Below, one piece after another: positions 36,906-46,717 of a stretch of 64,000 nt of DNA. The translations under genes were made by a program, and so were the position numbers. Position 1 is the stretch's first letter. Every line of letters starts with the position of its first letter. The stretch is from the IMG/VR virus record IMGVR_UViG_3300048999_000191. The stretch is one strand, 5' to 3'. The notes beneath the pieces were generated by a model. It worked only from the letters and a program-made list of their open reading frames with translations. It was not told the DNA's origin and ran no database searches. The DNA comes from a virus.

Positions 36906-37723
36906 CCGTGCAGCTCCTCTTCCCACTGCCACAGCGGCCGGACCTCGATCAGGTCGCGGGTGTCCAGCAGCGTGTAGTTGCCCTGCTCGCCGTCCATGTC
37001 CAAGCCGATCACCTTGGTCCCGTACGGCTCGATGGTCTGGCGGATGTCGCGGTGGTAGTGCCCGTGGATCAGCGCCTCGGGCTGGATCTTGTCCACGACG
37101 TCTTGGAGCTGCTCGCGATGCGCGTCACTGCGCGCGAGATCCATCACGTCCCACAGGCGCGACGGCTGGCCGAAGCTCATCCGCACCGCGCTGGGTGAGT
37201 CGTGGGTGAGCATCACGTGCACCTTGCCCGATCGCATGGCGTGCTTGAGCTGCTCGCCGGTGAAGGTCTCCTCCGGCCACCAGCCGAGCTTCTGCTCCTC
37301 CCGGATGACCTTGTCGACTGACACGGCGCCGCCCAGACCCATCCAGGTCTTGTGGTGCCAGGTCCAGCGGTGCCCGCGCGGGATCCAGAAGATCGACGCC
37401 TCCGGCCCGGGGCGGTCGATCGGGACGAGCCCGTGGTTTCCGTGGCTCAGCTCCTCCTCGCGCAGCGCGATCAGCTCGGGGTGCCACTCGTGGTTGCCGT
37501 CCACGAACCACAGCTCGATGTCGGCGAGCTGGAGCGAGAACGAGATGTCGTCCAGGAACTGGCGCCCGGCCGCGCCCGGCCAGACACCGAAGTCGCCCGC
37601 GTGCAGGATGATCTTGCGCTTCTCGCGACGAAGCAGCTCGGCGGCCTTGCCGATGACATGGCGACCCCAGCCTTGGTTGCCATGCCAATCGCCCGCGAGC
37701 ACCACGGCGCCGGGATCCGTCAT
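36902..37723 (-). CDS. Calcineurin-like metallophosphoesterase
   Basis: GDWHGN, HAGDFG, DGNHE, LTHDSP, HGHYH. Confidence 0.9.
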   Translation of the reverse strand: MTDPGAVVLAGDWHGNQGWGRHVIGKAAELLRREKRKIILHAGDFGVWPGAAGRQFLDDISFSLQLADIELWFVDGNHEWHPELIALREEELSHGNHGLVPIDRPGPEASIFWIPRGHRWTWHHKTWMGLGGAVSVDKVIREEQKLGWWPEETFTGEQLKHAMRSGKVHVMLTHDSPSAVRMSFGQPSRLWDVMDLARSDAHREQLQDVVDKIQPEALIHGHYHRDIRQTIEPYGTKVIGLDMDGEQGNYTLLDTRDLIEVRPLWQWEEELHG

Positions 37724-37968
37724 CGGTTCCTCGCGTTCATCTTCAGCGCGTAGGCCTTCAGGCCATCGATCGCCGGACCGGCCAGGGTCTCCACGCTGAC
37801 CACCCGGCCGTCGTCGAGCACCATGCCGTCGAGGCGGTCCCAGACGTCTTCCCAGTCGACCCGGATGGCCTGGTACCAGCCGTCCACGATGTCGTCCACT
37901 GCGCGCTTGACCTCGTCCGGAATCTCCTCGAAGGAAGTCCGCGAGGTGATCTCCAGGTAGTCGCTCAT
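37720..37968 (-). CDS. Hypothetical protein
   Basis: 82 aa, coupled. Confidence 0.6.
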   Translation of the reverse strand: MSDYLEITSRTSFEEIPDEVKRAVDDIVDGWYQAIRVDWEDVWDRLDGMVLDDGRVVSVETLAGPAIDGLKAYALKMNARNR

Positions 37969-38315
37969 CGGTTCTTCTTCCTCTCACTCTTCTCCCAGCG
38001 CTCCAGCGCGGCCGCGCCTTTGTCGTTGAACAGCAGGGAGGTCGGCCGGTCCAGCAGCTCGTACTTCCGGCCGTCGGCCCGGGACAGATACTGCGAGGCG
38101 CGCAGCTCGCGCAGCGTGTCGACCATGTCCGGGTCCACCAGCTCGATGTCACCCAGCTTCGGCTCGTACATGAACGAACCCATCGCGGTCGGGATGTCCG
38201 GGACGAAGAACAGCTCGTGCTGAGCGGCCAGGCGCAGGGCGTTCAGGCGCTTCTGCGTCTTGACCAGCCCGACGGGATCGTCCACGTACGGGCGCTTCTT
38301 CGGGTCGAGTGCCAT
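37965..38315 (-). CDS. Hypothetical protein
   Basis: MALDPKKRP; coupled. Confidence 0.6.
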   Translation of the reverse strand: MALDPKKRPYVDDPVGLVKTQKRLNALRLAAQHELFFVPDIPTAMGSFMYEPKLGDIELVDPDMVDTLRELRASQYLSRADGRKYELLDRPTSLLFNDKGAAALERWEKSERKKNR

Positions 38316-38581
38316 CACACGCCCTCCGGCTGGCTCGGGAACTCGTCTGGCCACCCGGTCGCCTTGACCTTGAGGTAGTTCTCGAAGGCCTGGTGCTGGG
38401 CGTTGTCCCAGTGCTGGGCCGCATCGCGCAGCACGGTCAGCAGGCTGGCAACCTGGTCGACCGCCTCGCAGGTAATGGCCTCTTCGAGCAAGCTCAGGGC
38501 TCGGTCGGCCTGCTGGGCGGTCAGCGCCGCCACGCCGCGCTCCCTCATCCGCTCGATGAGCACTTCGGTGGTGCTGTCCAT
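38315..38581 (-). CDS. Hypothetical protein
   Basis: MDSTTEVLIE. Confidence 0.55.
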   Translation of the reverse strand: MDSTTEVLIERMRERGVAALTAQQADRALSLLEEAITCEAVDQVASLLTVLRDAAQHWDNAQHQAFENYLKVKATGWPDEFPSQPEGV

Positions 38582-39112
38582 CGGGTCTTCCTTCCGTCGG
38601 TGCTTCACGACTTCCCTTCGCTCTCGTGGCGGGTGCTCGACCGGCGTGGTCACGACTCCATCGCTTCGCGCAGGACGTACAGGCCCTCCGAGGTGATGTT
38701 GCACTTCCAGACCCGGTCCTCGTCCGCTAGCTCGGCGGTGATCAAGCCGCGCCGAACGAGAGCGTTGAGCGTCCGGACGTAGGTCGACCTCGCCAGGAAG
38801 GTGACGTCTGGGCCGCGCCAGTCGATCTCGGAAAGCACCCGGTGCATGGTCTTGCTTGAGCCTCATGATCACCACTCCTCGTCGTCGTAGACAGCCTGAA
38901 GCTGGTGCTGGCTGGGGGCGACGATCTGGCTCCCCGGGCACTCTTCCTCGGAGTGGCGCTGGCGCATGGTCTTGCAGCGCTCGGGCGCGTGCTGCGGGCA
39001 GCCGGGGGCGGTCTGGTCTTCCAGCACCAGGCCGCACGGCGCCTTCGGGCAGGGGCACTCGTCTTCCAGCGGGCTGCCCGACCAGCTGCGGCCGATGTGG
39101 TGGGTCATCGCT

Positions 39113-39508
39113 CTACCGGCCCATCAGTGCATCGGCGGAACGGCGGGAGACAGCCAGCTCGGCCTCGCGGACCCGCTGGCGGCTCTTGATCTCCTGGCTC
39201 TCGCGATAGGCCAGCTCGGCCAGCGCCATCTCGCCGTAGCCGTGGAAGTCGATCTCGGCGACTCGCCAGAGCATCTGGTCCAGGGAGCGGCTGAAGTCGC
39301 GCACCGGTGCTCCCAGCACATCGATCACGCGGACCAGGACGTTGGCCACGCGCTCGCCCTCGGCGGTGAGCAGGGTGACCGGGACCAGGGTGTCGACGCC
39401 CAGGCCGTTGAGGTTCGGGCGCTGCACCAGCCAGCCAGTGATCTGCTCGCGCAGGCCGTAGGCCTTGTACTTCTCGCCGGTGACGAGCTTCGGGGCGATG
39501 TGGGTCAT
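39113..39508 (-). CDS. Hypothetical protein
   Basis: 131 aa; promoter and RBS hairpin. Confidence 0.65.
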   Translation of the reverse strand: MTHIAPKLVTGEKYKAYGLREQITGWLVQRPNLNGLGVDTLVPVTLLTAEGERVANVLVRVIDVLGAPVRDFSRSLDQMLWRVAEIDFHGYGEMALAELAYRESQEIKSRQRVREAELAVSRRSADALMGR

Positions 39509-39548
39509 GGGAGCCTCCGGTGCGGCTGGTTGCGCTGACTCCCTGATA

Positions 39549-39564
39549 CTACCCGAACGGGTAG
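39549..39564 (-). promoter_or_regulatory. Palindromic operator in promoter
   Basis: gata-ctacccgaacgggtag-tatc. Confidence 0.85.
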
Positions 39565-39571
39565 TATCTGT

Positions 39572-39859
39572 CTACCCGCGCCGGGCGCGCCACTTCGCCA
39601 GCAGGTCGGCGCCCTTCGAGGTGACCCGCAGTCGGCGGCGACCCTGGTGCCCGACCATGATGTGCTCGCCGTGCACGATGGCCTCGGCCGCGAGCAGCAG
39701 CAGCACGGGATGCCGGTCCTCCGGCCTGTGGACGAACACCTCGCGGCGGATGTAGCTGACGCCCAGGCCGCCCGGATTAAAGGAATGCAGATCGCCGTTC
39801 TCGGCTGCGGTGAGCGTCTCCTGACGCTCGGGCGTCCATGCGATCTCGCGGTCGCTCAT
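39572..39859 (-). CDS. Possible winged-helix protein
   Basis: RLRVTSKGADLLAKW; promoter and RBS hairpin. Confidence 0.6.
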   Translation of the reverse strand: MSDREIAWTPERQETLTAAENGDLHSFNPGGLGVSYIRREVFVHRPEDRHPVLLLLAAEAIVHGEHIMVGHQGRRRLRVTSKGADLLAKWRARRG

Positions 39860-39906
39860 CCTGACCTCCAGTGTGGTCCTGCATGTGCAGATGGATGAGC
39901 ATCAAG

Positions 39907-39922
39907 CTACCCGAACGGGTAG
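39907..39922 (-). promoter_or_regulatory. Palindromic operator in promoter
   Basis: ctacccgaacgggtag; TTGAGC-17-TAGCTT. Confidence 0.85.
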
Positions 39923-40050
39923 ATCGGCTCAAGGGGCCAACCGGATGATCACAGGTCAGCCAGGCTGTAGGCCGTCGCTTGAGGGTATTTCTGCTGTCAT
40001 GACACGGGCCCCGTCCGGCCGAAGCCAGGCGGGGCCCGTGGTGCTCTCGA

Positions 40051-40356
40051 TTAGGCAGAGACGTCGAACAGGTCGACGATCTTGCCGCCGTACAGCTCAC
40101 CCTCGACCTGCTCGGCGTTGGTCCAGCCCGGCACGGTGAGCGTGCCCACGAGCATGTCCACGTCGGGGTCGTCGAGGTAGCCCTCCACGGTCGCCTCGTC
40201 GGCCAGGTCGTCGAGCAGCCGGACCGGCTCGTCCTCGGGGATGGCGTAGTTGAGCCAGCTCAGCTTCTCGGCGAGGTCGGCCAGCGCCGTCTCGTTGCCG
40301 TCCACCTGGAGCCAGAACGTGCCCTCGACGCTGTCGAGGTACTTGCGGAACTGCAC
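40051..40356 (-). CDS. Hypothetical protein, paralog of 40646-41026
   Basis: FWLQVDGNETAL. Confidence 0.6.
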   Translation of the reverse strand: MQFRKYLDSVEGTFWLQVDGNETALADLAEKLSWLNYAIPEDEPVRLLDDLADEATVEGYLDDPDVDMLVGTLTVPGWTNAEQVEGELYGGKIVDLFDVSA

Positions 40357-40364
40357 GTGATCTC

Positions 40365-40649
40365 CTACTCGTCGTCTTCGTCCGTGGCCAGCGTGCGCAT
40401 CGCCTCGCCGTACCACTCCCAGTTGTCCACGCCCGCCTGCTCCAGGGCGTTGAGCTTGTCCTGGTCCTCGATCAGGCGCTTGTACCTATTGCGGCCGACC
40501 ACCTTGCCCCGGGACAGGTAATCGGCGATCCGGCGCAGGTCCTGCTGCACCTCGTCGCTGGAGCCGCTACGCGCCGCGTCCTGCTTGTCGAACCAGTCGG
40601 CCAGGAAGCGCAGCTTGCTCGCGTCGTCGTCGTAGACGGCCGTGCTCAC
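40365..40649 (-). CDS. Hypothetical phage protein
   Basis: LNALEQAGVDNWEWY.EA motif. Confidence 0.65.
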   Translation of the reverse strand: MSTAVYDDDASKLRFLADWFDKQDAARSGSSDEVQQDLRRIADYLSRGKVVGRNRYKRLIEDQDKLNALEQAGVDNWEWYGEAMRTLATDEDDE

Positions 40650-41026
40650 GCGGGCGCCGTCTCCTGGAACAGTTCGCAGACGCCGCCCTTGTTCAGGTCC
40701 TGCTCGATGCGGCCGCCGAAGTCGGTGGGCGCGGGCCAGTCCGGCACCCGCAGCACGCCGGTGACCTTGTGGTCGCTGGCCATGTAGCCGCCCTCCTCCT
40801 CGTCGGCCTGCTCGATCAGGACGTCCACGTAGGACTCGTCCTTGGCGTGGTCGATCGAGTCGAGCACGAAGGGAGAGCCGGGCTCCCCGTCGCGGTAGAG
40901 CGCCGCGAGCGCGTCCAGCGCGACGTGCAGGCGCAGCAGCGCGTCCTCGTTGCCGTCGACCTGGAGCCAGAAGCGCCAGGTCTCGCCTTCCCACTCGTTC
41001 TCCTCGGTGAGCTTCACGAACTTCAT
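40646..41026 (-). CDS. Hypothetical phage protein
   Basis: ENEWEGETWRFWLQVDGNEDAL. Confidence 0.7.
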   Translation of the reverse strand: MKFVKLTEENEWEGETWRFWLQVDGNEDALLRLHVALDALAALYRDGEPGSPFVLDSIDHAKDESYVDVLIEQADEEEGGYMASDHKVTGVLRVPDWPAPTDFGGRIEQDLNKGGVCELFQETAPA

Positions 41027-41037
41027 GATGATCTCCC

Positions 41038-41313
41038 TCAGGGGTTCTTGATCTCGATCCGCATGCGGCGAGCCTTCTCCGGGACCTCCGCCACCCAGAC
41101 CGAGCCCACAGCGAGGTCGAAGAAGCTCGCCAGGGCGCGCGTGAGGTGGAAGATGCCGTCGACCGTCTGGCCCGGTGTCAGCTCCACGATGAGCCCGTCA
41201 CCGTCCTCGTCGAGCGGCCGCGAGCCGATGAGCGGGGTGAGCCGATTCGGGCAGGTCTCCTTGTTGGAGAGAGTCTCCCACTGCTCGCGCAGGGTCTTGA
41301 TGTCGTTGGACAT
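41038..41313 (-). CDS. Hypothetical protein
   Basis: 91 aa, AAGGAG RBS. Confidence 0.6.
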   Translation of the reverse strand: MSNDIKTLREQWETLSNKETCPNRLTPLIGSRPLDEDGDGLIVELTPGQTVDGIFHLTRALASFFDLAVGSVWVAEVPEKARRMRIEIKNP

Positions 41314-41433
41314 GGTGATCTCCTTCGGTGTGGTGGAAGGGCGGCCACCGCAGGCAGAACAGGTGGCTCCGCGCCCAACCAGCCCGACGCGCTATCCTGC
41401 GGTTGTTCTGTGGCTGTCCACGCCGCCCTTGAT

Positions 41434-41742
41434 CTAGATCTTTTCGACGTCGAGCAGCTTCCCGTGCTGATCCGGCGGTCCGTCCTCGGGATCGCGTGGG
41501 TGGCCGAAGTTCATGGCCTCCCAGACCTCGTCCGGCGCGGGGACGTAGACGACTGGCCAGCCCACCACGTCCACGTCCGTCTCGGTCTCCATCGGCCCCC
41601 AGAGGTCGACGATGTGCCACTTGGCGTCTTGGCCCTCCTGGTCCAGCAAGATCGCGTGCGCGAAGCCCTCGGGGGACCGCCGGACAGTGCCGTGCGGCAG
41701 CCTGTTCGCGTCGTCCACCGTGATGGTCGAGTTGGTGATCAC
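41434..41742 (-). CDS. Hypothetical protein
   Basis: 102 aa. Confidence 0.55.
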   Translation of the reverse strand: MITNSTITVDDANRLPHGTVRRSPEGFAHAILLDQEGQDAKWHIVDLWGPMETETDVDVVGWPVVYVPAPDEVWEAMNFGHPRDPEDGPPDQHGKLLDVEKI

Positions 41743-41965
41743 AAGTCCTCCGGCGGGGTCAGGAACGGCACCATGCCCATCTCGCGCTCGATCGGCGCGT
41801 CATCGCGCGGGGGACGGTCGACGATGATCTCCAGGCCGCCCCACGGGTCGAACACGATCCAGCGCTGCGCGAGCGCAGGGTCAGGGTGCTCGGGGTGCTG
41901 ATCCGGCCAGAACAGTGCAGCCGCGCCGCCCACGTCGTAGAACATACCGGGGATCCACTCACCGC

Positions 41966-42397
41966 TCATGCGCACTCCTCCTCGTCGATCGTGATGCCGA
42001 ACAGCTCCTCCGCGACGTCCAGGTAGCCGTAGATCGCCACCAGCACGTCCTGCGTGCTGCCGAGGTAGGCCAGCGCGTGCAGACGGTGGTTGCCGTCCTC
42101 CAGCATCACCGCGCCCGACGCCGTGACGTCCACCTCCAGCCGTTCCCCGGGTGGCCAGTCGTGGTGGACCAGGTAGGCAATCCGCTCGGCATGAGCTTGC
42201 GCGCTGCACGGACCGCGCATCCAGCTCCGCTCGGGCGGCTCGGGGTTCAGCCGCCCCTCGGCCAGCGCCGAGGTGACCTGATCGCGAGTGACCCCGCCCA
42301 CGCTCCAGACATCCACCTCGAAGGGCCTGAGCAGGTCGATGAGCACCGGCGCCGAGACGGTCGCCTGGCAGTGCTGGGGCCCGGCGTCGACCCTCAT
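41966..42397 (-). CDS. ParB/Srx-like small domain protein
   Basis: HAERIAYL...LEDGNHRLHAL.Y. Confidence 0.6.
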   Translation of the reverse strand: MRVDAGPQHCQATVSAPVLIDLLRPFEVDVWSVGGVTRDQVTSALAEGRLNPEPPERSWMRGPCSAQAHAERIAYLVHHDWPPGERLEVDVTASGAVMLEDGNHRLHALAYLGSTQDVLVAIYGYLDVAEELFGITIDEEECA

Positions 42398-42621
42398 CCC
42401 TGCTCTTCCTTCGCGGAGTTGATCATGTTCTTGTACGCCTCGTTCACGTCCTGGCTTTCGACGTTCGCGTACGCCAGCGCGAGCGCCATGAGCAAGGCGT
42501 CGGACTGGTTCACCCGGCGGCGGAGCTTGTGCTGCACGTATAGCTGCCACTGGGTCAACGTGGCTCGCGCGTCGCTCTTGAGCGAGATGCTGGTGTAGCC
42601 GTAGCGGTTGTCGTCGGCCAT
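42394..42621 (-). CDS. Possible ribbon-helix-helix DNA-binding protein
   Basis: YTSISLKSDARATL...VNQSDALLMAL. Confidence 0.5.
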   Translation of the reverse strand: MADDNRYGYTSISLKSDARATLTQWQLYVQHKLRRRVNQSDALLMALALAYANVESQDVNEAYKNMINSAKEEQG

Positions 42622-43430
42622 CACGCCAGCTTGAAGTGGTCGTCGGTCAGCTCGGTCAGGCCCTTGAGCGCGAGGACCTTGATCTTCTTCCCCTCGCGCT
42701 TAGCGTTCCAGGCCTTGGCCCCGGCGGCCAGGAACGGCTTCACCGGCTTCTCGCCGCCCTTCTGCGCGGAGCGGATGATCAACGCCCGCAGGGCCAGCTC
42801 GGGGTCCCCAGCGTGTAGCCCCTCGCCGTTGCGCACGCCCTCCCAGAACTCCAGGGCCGTGGCCGCGTCGATCCGGAAGGTGAGGAAGTACAGGCAGCCG
42901 AAGGCGGCCGGGAGGGCGCCGATCTCGTTGCGCAGGCCCATGCCGTAGCGCACGGCCTGGCCCATTGCGTCGCGGTTCTGGATGACGTAGTCGACGATCT
43001 CGGCGTCGGTGGGCTTGTAGACCTCACCCCGGACCTCTTCGACCTCCCACAGCAGCACAAGCCGGGTGACGGCCTGGGCCGACTTCGCCGACGGGATGCC
43101 GTGGCCCATGGTCAGCTCGTCGGAGGCAGACCGGCGCCGGTTCTTGTCCATCTTGAACCGGTCTTCGCGAGCGATGTTCTCGACGATGATGAATTCGAGC
43201 GTCACGCCCGCATCGATCAGCGCGCTCAGCCGGTGCTGGCCGTCGATCAGGTGGCCCTCGGTGTCGAACTTGATCGTCTCGCCGATGTTGGGGAACTGGC
43301 CGTTGCGCATGTCGCGGGCGAGCTTGCTAACCCAGGTCGGCGAGATCTTCCGGTTCTCGTTGTTCGTCGCCAGCCACTTCTTCGCCAGCTGGGGCGTCAC
43401 CGGGATCTTGCGGTGCTTGATATCGCTCAA
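42621..43430 (-). CDS. ParB-like (DGQHR) N-terminal domain protein
   Basis: VTPQLAKKWL..N..NR...LARDMRNG.F...LIDGQHRL.A. Confidence 0.8.
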   Translation of the reverse strand: MSDIKHRKIPVTPQLAKKWLATNNENRKISPTWVSKLARDMRNGQFPNIGETIKFDTEGHLIDGQHRLSALIDAGVTLEFIIVENIAREDRFKMDKNRRRSASDELTMGHGIPSAKSAQAVTRLVLLWEVEEVRGEVYKPTDAEIVDYVIQNRDAMGQAVRYGMGLRNEIGALPAAFGCLYFLTFRIDAATALEFWEGVRNGEGLHAGDPELALRALIIRSAQKGGEKPVKPFLAAGAKAWNAKREGKKIKVLALKGLTELTDDHFKLA

Positions 43431-43472
43431 GACGGGGTCTCCATTCCCTCCGGTGCGGGGTACCCGATCAGA

Positions 43473-43488
43473 CTACCCGATCAGGTAG
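43473..43488 (-). promoter_or_regulatory. Palindromic operator (plus extra half-site near 43460)
   Basis: ctacccgatcaggtag. Confidence 0.8.
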
Positions 43489-43633
43489 GTTCTGACCAGA
43501 GAATCTCCGCTTTCCCAGCATAAAACGCATCGTGGCTACAGAATGTCACATAGCCCTTGAGCTGCGGAAAGTGTCGGGTCTCCTCCAGGGTCTACCTCGG
43601 CACCTGGAGATCAATTACTACTCTCTGTGATTT

Positions 43634-43978
43634 CTACAAGAAACGCTCGATCGTGCCGTCGGGAAGCACCAGCTTCGTGTAGTGCTCGCGGGCCACTCGG
43701 CACAGCTTGGGCTTGCGCAGATGCAGTCGGGCGGCCGCGCGCGCCTCGTTGAGCGAGTGCCCGAAGAACTCGCATTCGCTCTCCACCTCGATGTGCGGGA
43801 AGAAGCCCACCGGCAGCCGGACCACGCACGGCACGATGACCCTGATCGTGCCCTCTGACCAGGTGCGCGGCGGGGCGATGGTCGGCCAGGCCTTGGGGTC
43901 GTTGTCCCGGTTCAGGCGCCAGCAGATGCCGCACTCGCAGGAGGGCGGATCGAGGAAGATGTCCGGGGCCGCCGTCAC
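43634..43978 (-). CDS. Hypothetical protein
   Basis: Last of a coupled run 43634-45212. Confidence 0.5.
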   Translation of the reverse strand: MTAAPDIFLDPPSCECGICWRLNRDNDPKAWPTIAPPRTWSEGTIRVIVPCVVRLPVGFFPHIEVESECEFFGHSLNEARAAARLHLRKPKLCRVAREHYTKLVLPDGTIERFL

Positions 43979-44909
43979 TCCGGGTGCCGCTCGAACCAGG
44001 CGTTGAGCGCTTCGCGTAGCGCGTCCAGTTCCGATGCAGCGTCACCGGCGCGGTCGATGATCTCCTGGGCGTCCGGCCAATTCGCGGCGACCTCCTTGAT
44101 CTCCTCGACGTCGATGGCCGCGAGCAGAACATGATCCACGTCCTCCTCCAGTGGGCCGCTCTTGCGCAGCTCCTCGCGGCTCACCGACGCTCACCGGCCA
44201 GCTTGCGGATGGTCAGCCGGTTGCGCATCTCCTCGGCGAACTCGTGGTACTGCGGGTCGAAGCTGGCCAGCACGTTGACGTGCTCATCGCACACGCTCAG
44301 CCTGCCGTCGAACTCGACCTCGACGGTGAACGGCTCGCCGACCGGCCTCGGCTCCGGCCGATAGTCGTGCACGGTGACGGGCTCACGAGAGCCGATCGCG
44401 GTGAAGGAGTAGTCCGAGCGTGTGGGGCGCAGCGGTTCGGAGATCATGCTGGTCCCGATCCCTTCGGCGCGCGGCCGTGCGCCAGCTCGTTGTTGACCCA
44501 GCTCGTCATGGCCTGGTTCGGCCCGGCGAAGTTCGCGTGGTCGATGCAGACGAGGTAGCCGTTGACCACGGTCAGTGCGGCATCCAGCCAGGCCGCCGGG
44601 CGCTCTCCGGGTTCGAGGAAGAGGCACACGCTGCATCGCAGCGGCTGGCCCTTCACGCCGACGCTCCGAGGATGGCTCGGGCGAAGGCGAGAGCCTGCGG
44701 GCCGACGTCGAACGACGTGGTCAGCTCGGCGGTGGCCGCAGCGTGATCGGCTCGGATCGCCTCGTTGCGGTGCCGGGAGGGGATGAGCACACCCCGAGTG
44801 CCGCCGCAGCGGTGGCAGGTGTGCTTCCAGGTCAGGCTGGCGCCGTGGCGCTTCCACCCGCACTGGGCGCACACCCACGTACCGCACACGGGGCACTCGG
44901 GGATGGTCA

Positions 44910-45212
44910 TCAGCGAGAGCAGCGCGGGTCGGCGAGCTTGACCAGCGTGACGGTGGAGGTCAGGCCGCCGCCGTTCTGGCCACCGGCGGTGTCCGAGCCT
45001 CGCGAGGTGACGGCGAGCGAGTCGCCTGCGGTGTTGCAGAACTCGATGACGTTGCGGAAGCCGTCCGGCAGCTGGTAGGCGCCGACGATCTTCGGCGGCT
45101 TGACGTTGGCCGGGAGCGGGTCCGGACCGGACTGCTGGGACAGACCGGCGCAGCCACTCAGGGCGAACAACGCGCCGATGGCGCTGGCGCCGATGGCGAT
45201 CTTCTTGTTCAT
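44910..45212 (-). CDS. Small lipoprotein
   Basis: MNKKIAIGASAIGALFALSGC lipobox; promoter and RBS hairpin. Confidence 0.75.
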   Translation of the reverse strand: MNKKIAIGASAIGALFALSGCAGLSQQSGPDPLPANVKPPKIVGAYQLPDGFRNVIEFCNTAGDSLAVTSRGSDTAGGQNGGGLTSTVTLVKLADPRCSR

Positions 45213-45254
45213 GGGGTGCTCCTCCGATGCGGGGCAGGTAGATATGGGTAGACC

Positions 45255-45270
45255 CTACCCGAGTGGGTAG
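45255..45270 (-). promoter_or_regulatory. Palindromic operator in promoter
   Basis: gacc-ctacccgagtgggtag-ggtc; TTGACC-17-TAGGGT. Confidence 0.85.
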
Positions 45271-45288
45271 GGTCGGTCAAGCGGTGGT

Positions 45289-45579
45289 TCAGCTCAGCGC
45301 CTTCAGGATCGCGGCCTCGATGTCGTCGATGAGAATCAGCGCGGTGTCGGAAGCGGGATCACCCTCCCAGGGCTTGTGCCCCGCACGCTGCTCCTCCAAC
45401 ACCGTGAGCGCGGCCTGGACAGCCTCGAAGGCCTTGCCCCCGACTTCGCCCCGGACCACGGAGATACTCGCGTCCGGGGGCAGCTGAGAGCCCCAACCGG
45501 TGGCGCTCAGGTTGACGTACTCCTGCTCGCGGGCGTAGTCGCGCAGCCGCTGCCGCGCCATGCTGATGCCGTCGGTCAT
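45289..45579 (-). CDS. Hypothetical protein
   Basis: 96 aa. Confidence 0.55.
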   Translation of the reverse strand: MTDGISMARQRLRDYAREQEYVNLSATGWGSQLPPDASISVVRGEVGGKAFEAVQAALTVLEEQRAGHKPWEGDPASDTALILIDDIEAAILKALS

Positions 45580-45832
45580 CCCTGCATCTCCCTCTTGATC
45601 ACTTTGAGTAGTCGCCGGGCGAGGTTCTGCTGGCCCACCACGAGCCCGTGTGCGAAGTCGTTGGGCGCGTCCTCGGCGCGCAGCATGGCGACCTCGCCGA
45701 GGATGTCCAGCGCAGCCCCCATCGCGTCCATCTGCCGGTCGGCGACGGCCTTCACCTCACCCAGCTCCAGCACGTCCATCAGCGACTGGGCGGAGGCCAC
45801 GATCTCGTCGTGGTCCGGGTGCCGGGGCGCGC

Positions 45833-46612
45833 TCACTTGACCGGAGCCCTGCGGTAGAGCGCCACCATGCGCGCGGTCTCGTCTCGGGCGTCGTACTCGG
45901 GAAGCGTGCGCACGAGGGTGTAGTTCACGACTGCTCCGGAGGCATTGACCACGCGGATGTCCGGGTGGACCTGGTCGGACTTGGCCAGTTCTCCGCGATC
46001 CTCGTCGAGCAGCGTGTACATCGGCTCGGGCACCGGCGGCTTGGGCTTCTCTTGCTCGGCGACGTCCTCTACGTTGCGGTAGCAGGTGCGGCTGGTGATG
46101 CCGTAGGCACCCGGGCCGAACTCGGAGACCGGGAGACCCTCGCGCTGGTAGCGCCGCGACGAGCCGTCCGCGCCGACGTAGTCGAAGAACTTCAGGTTGA
46201 ACGGCTCGGTGCCGCTCCACAGCACCTCGGCCGTCTCGGCGTCGAGCAGCTCGTACCGGTGCATCTCGGGCTCGGGCTCGACCGGCAGGAAGGCGCGGGC
46301 GATGCTCTCGCGCACGTCCTCGGGCAGTTCCAGCATCACCGCGTCCACGACCAGGTTCGGCGCGTAGTTGCGGGTCAGCTCGTGCACGGCGCCGCGCAGC
46401 TTCTGCGGCAGGCCGGTGCCGTCCTGGATGACATCCCAGTCGGGCTTCAGCACTCCGGTGGGGAGTGCAGACAAGGTCACGCCGTCGTCGATCAGGTGCT
46501 GGAGTACCTTGCGGCGCTCCTCGGGCTCCAGGCGCTTGATGGACTCGATGGCCACCGTCCTGCCGGTGAACAGCCGATGCAGGGTCTCCAGGCTGGCGAT
46601 CAATTCGGTCAC
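45833..46612 (-). CDS. Hypothetical protein
   Basis: 259 aa; RBS hairpin without operator. Confidence 0.65.
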   Translation of the reverse strand: MTELIASLETLHRLFTGRTVAIESIKRLEPEERRKVLQHLIDDGVTLSALPTGVLKPDWDVIQDGTGLPQKLRGAVHELTRNYAPNLVVDAVMLELPEDVRESIARAFLPVEPEPEMHRYELLDAETAEVLWSGTEPFNLKFFDYVGADGSSRRYQREGLPVSEFGPGAYGITSRTCYRNVEDVAEQEKPKPPVPEPMYTLLDEDRGELAKSDQVHPDIRVVNASGAVVNYTLVRTLPEYDARDETARMVALYRRAPVK

Positions 46613-46717
46613 TTGTGGGCCTCCAATGCGGCGTTAATGCGGGGATGAAGTCATCTTCTTTGTAAGACTTTGTGGTGCGCAATGTAGCAAGAAGTCCCTG
46701 CGAATGCAGGACGCCTC

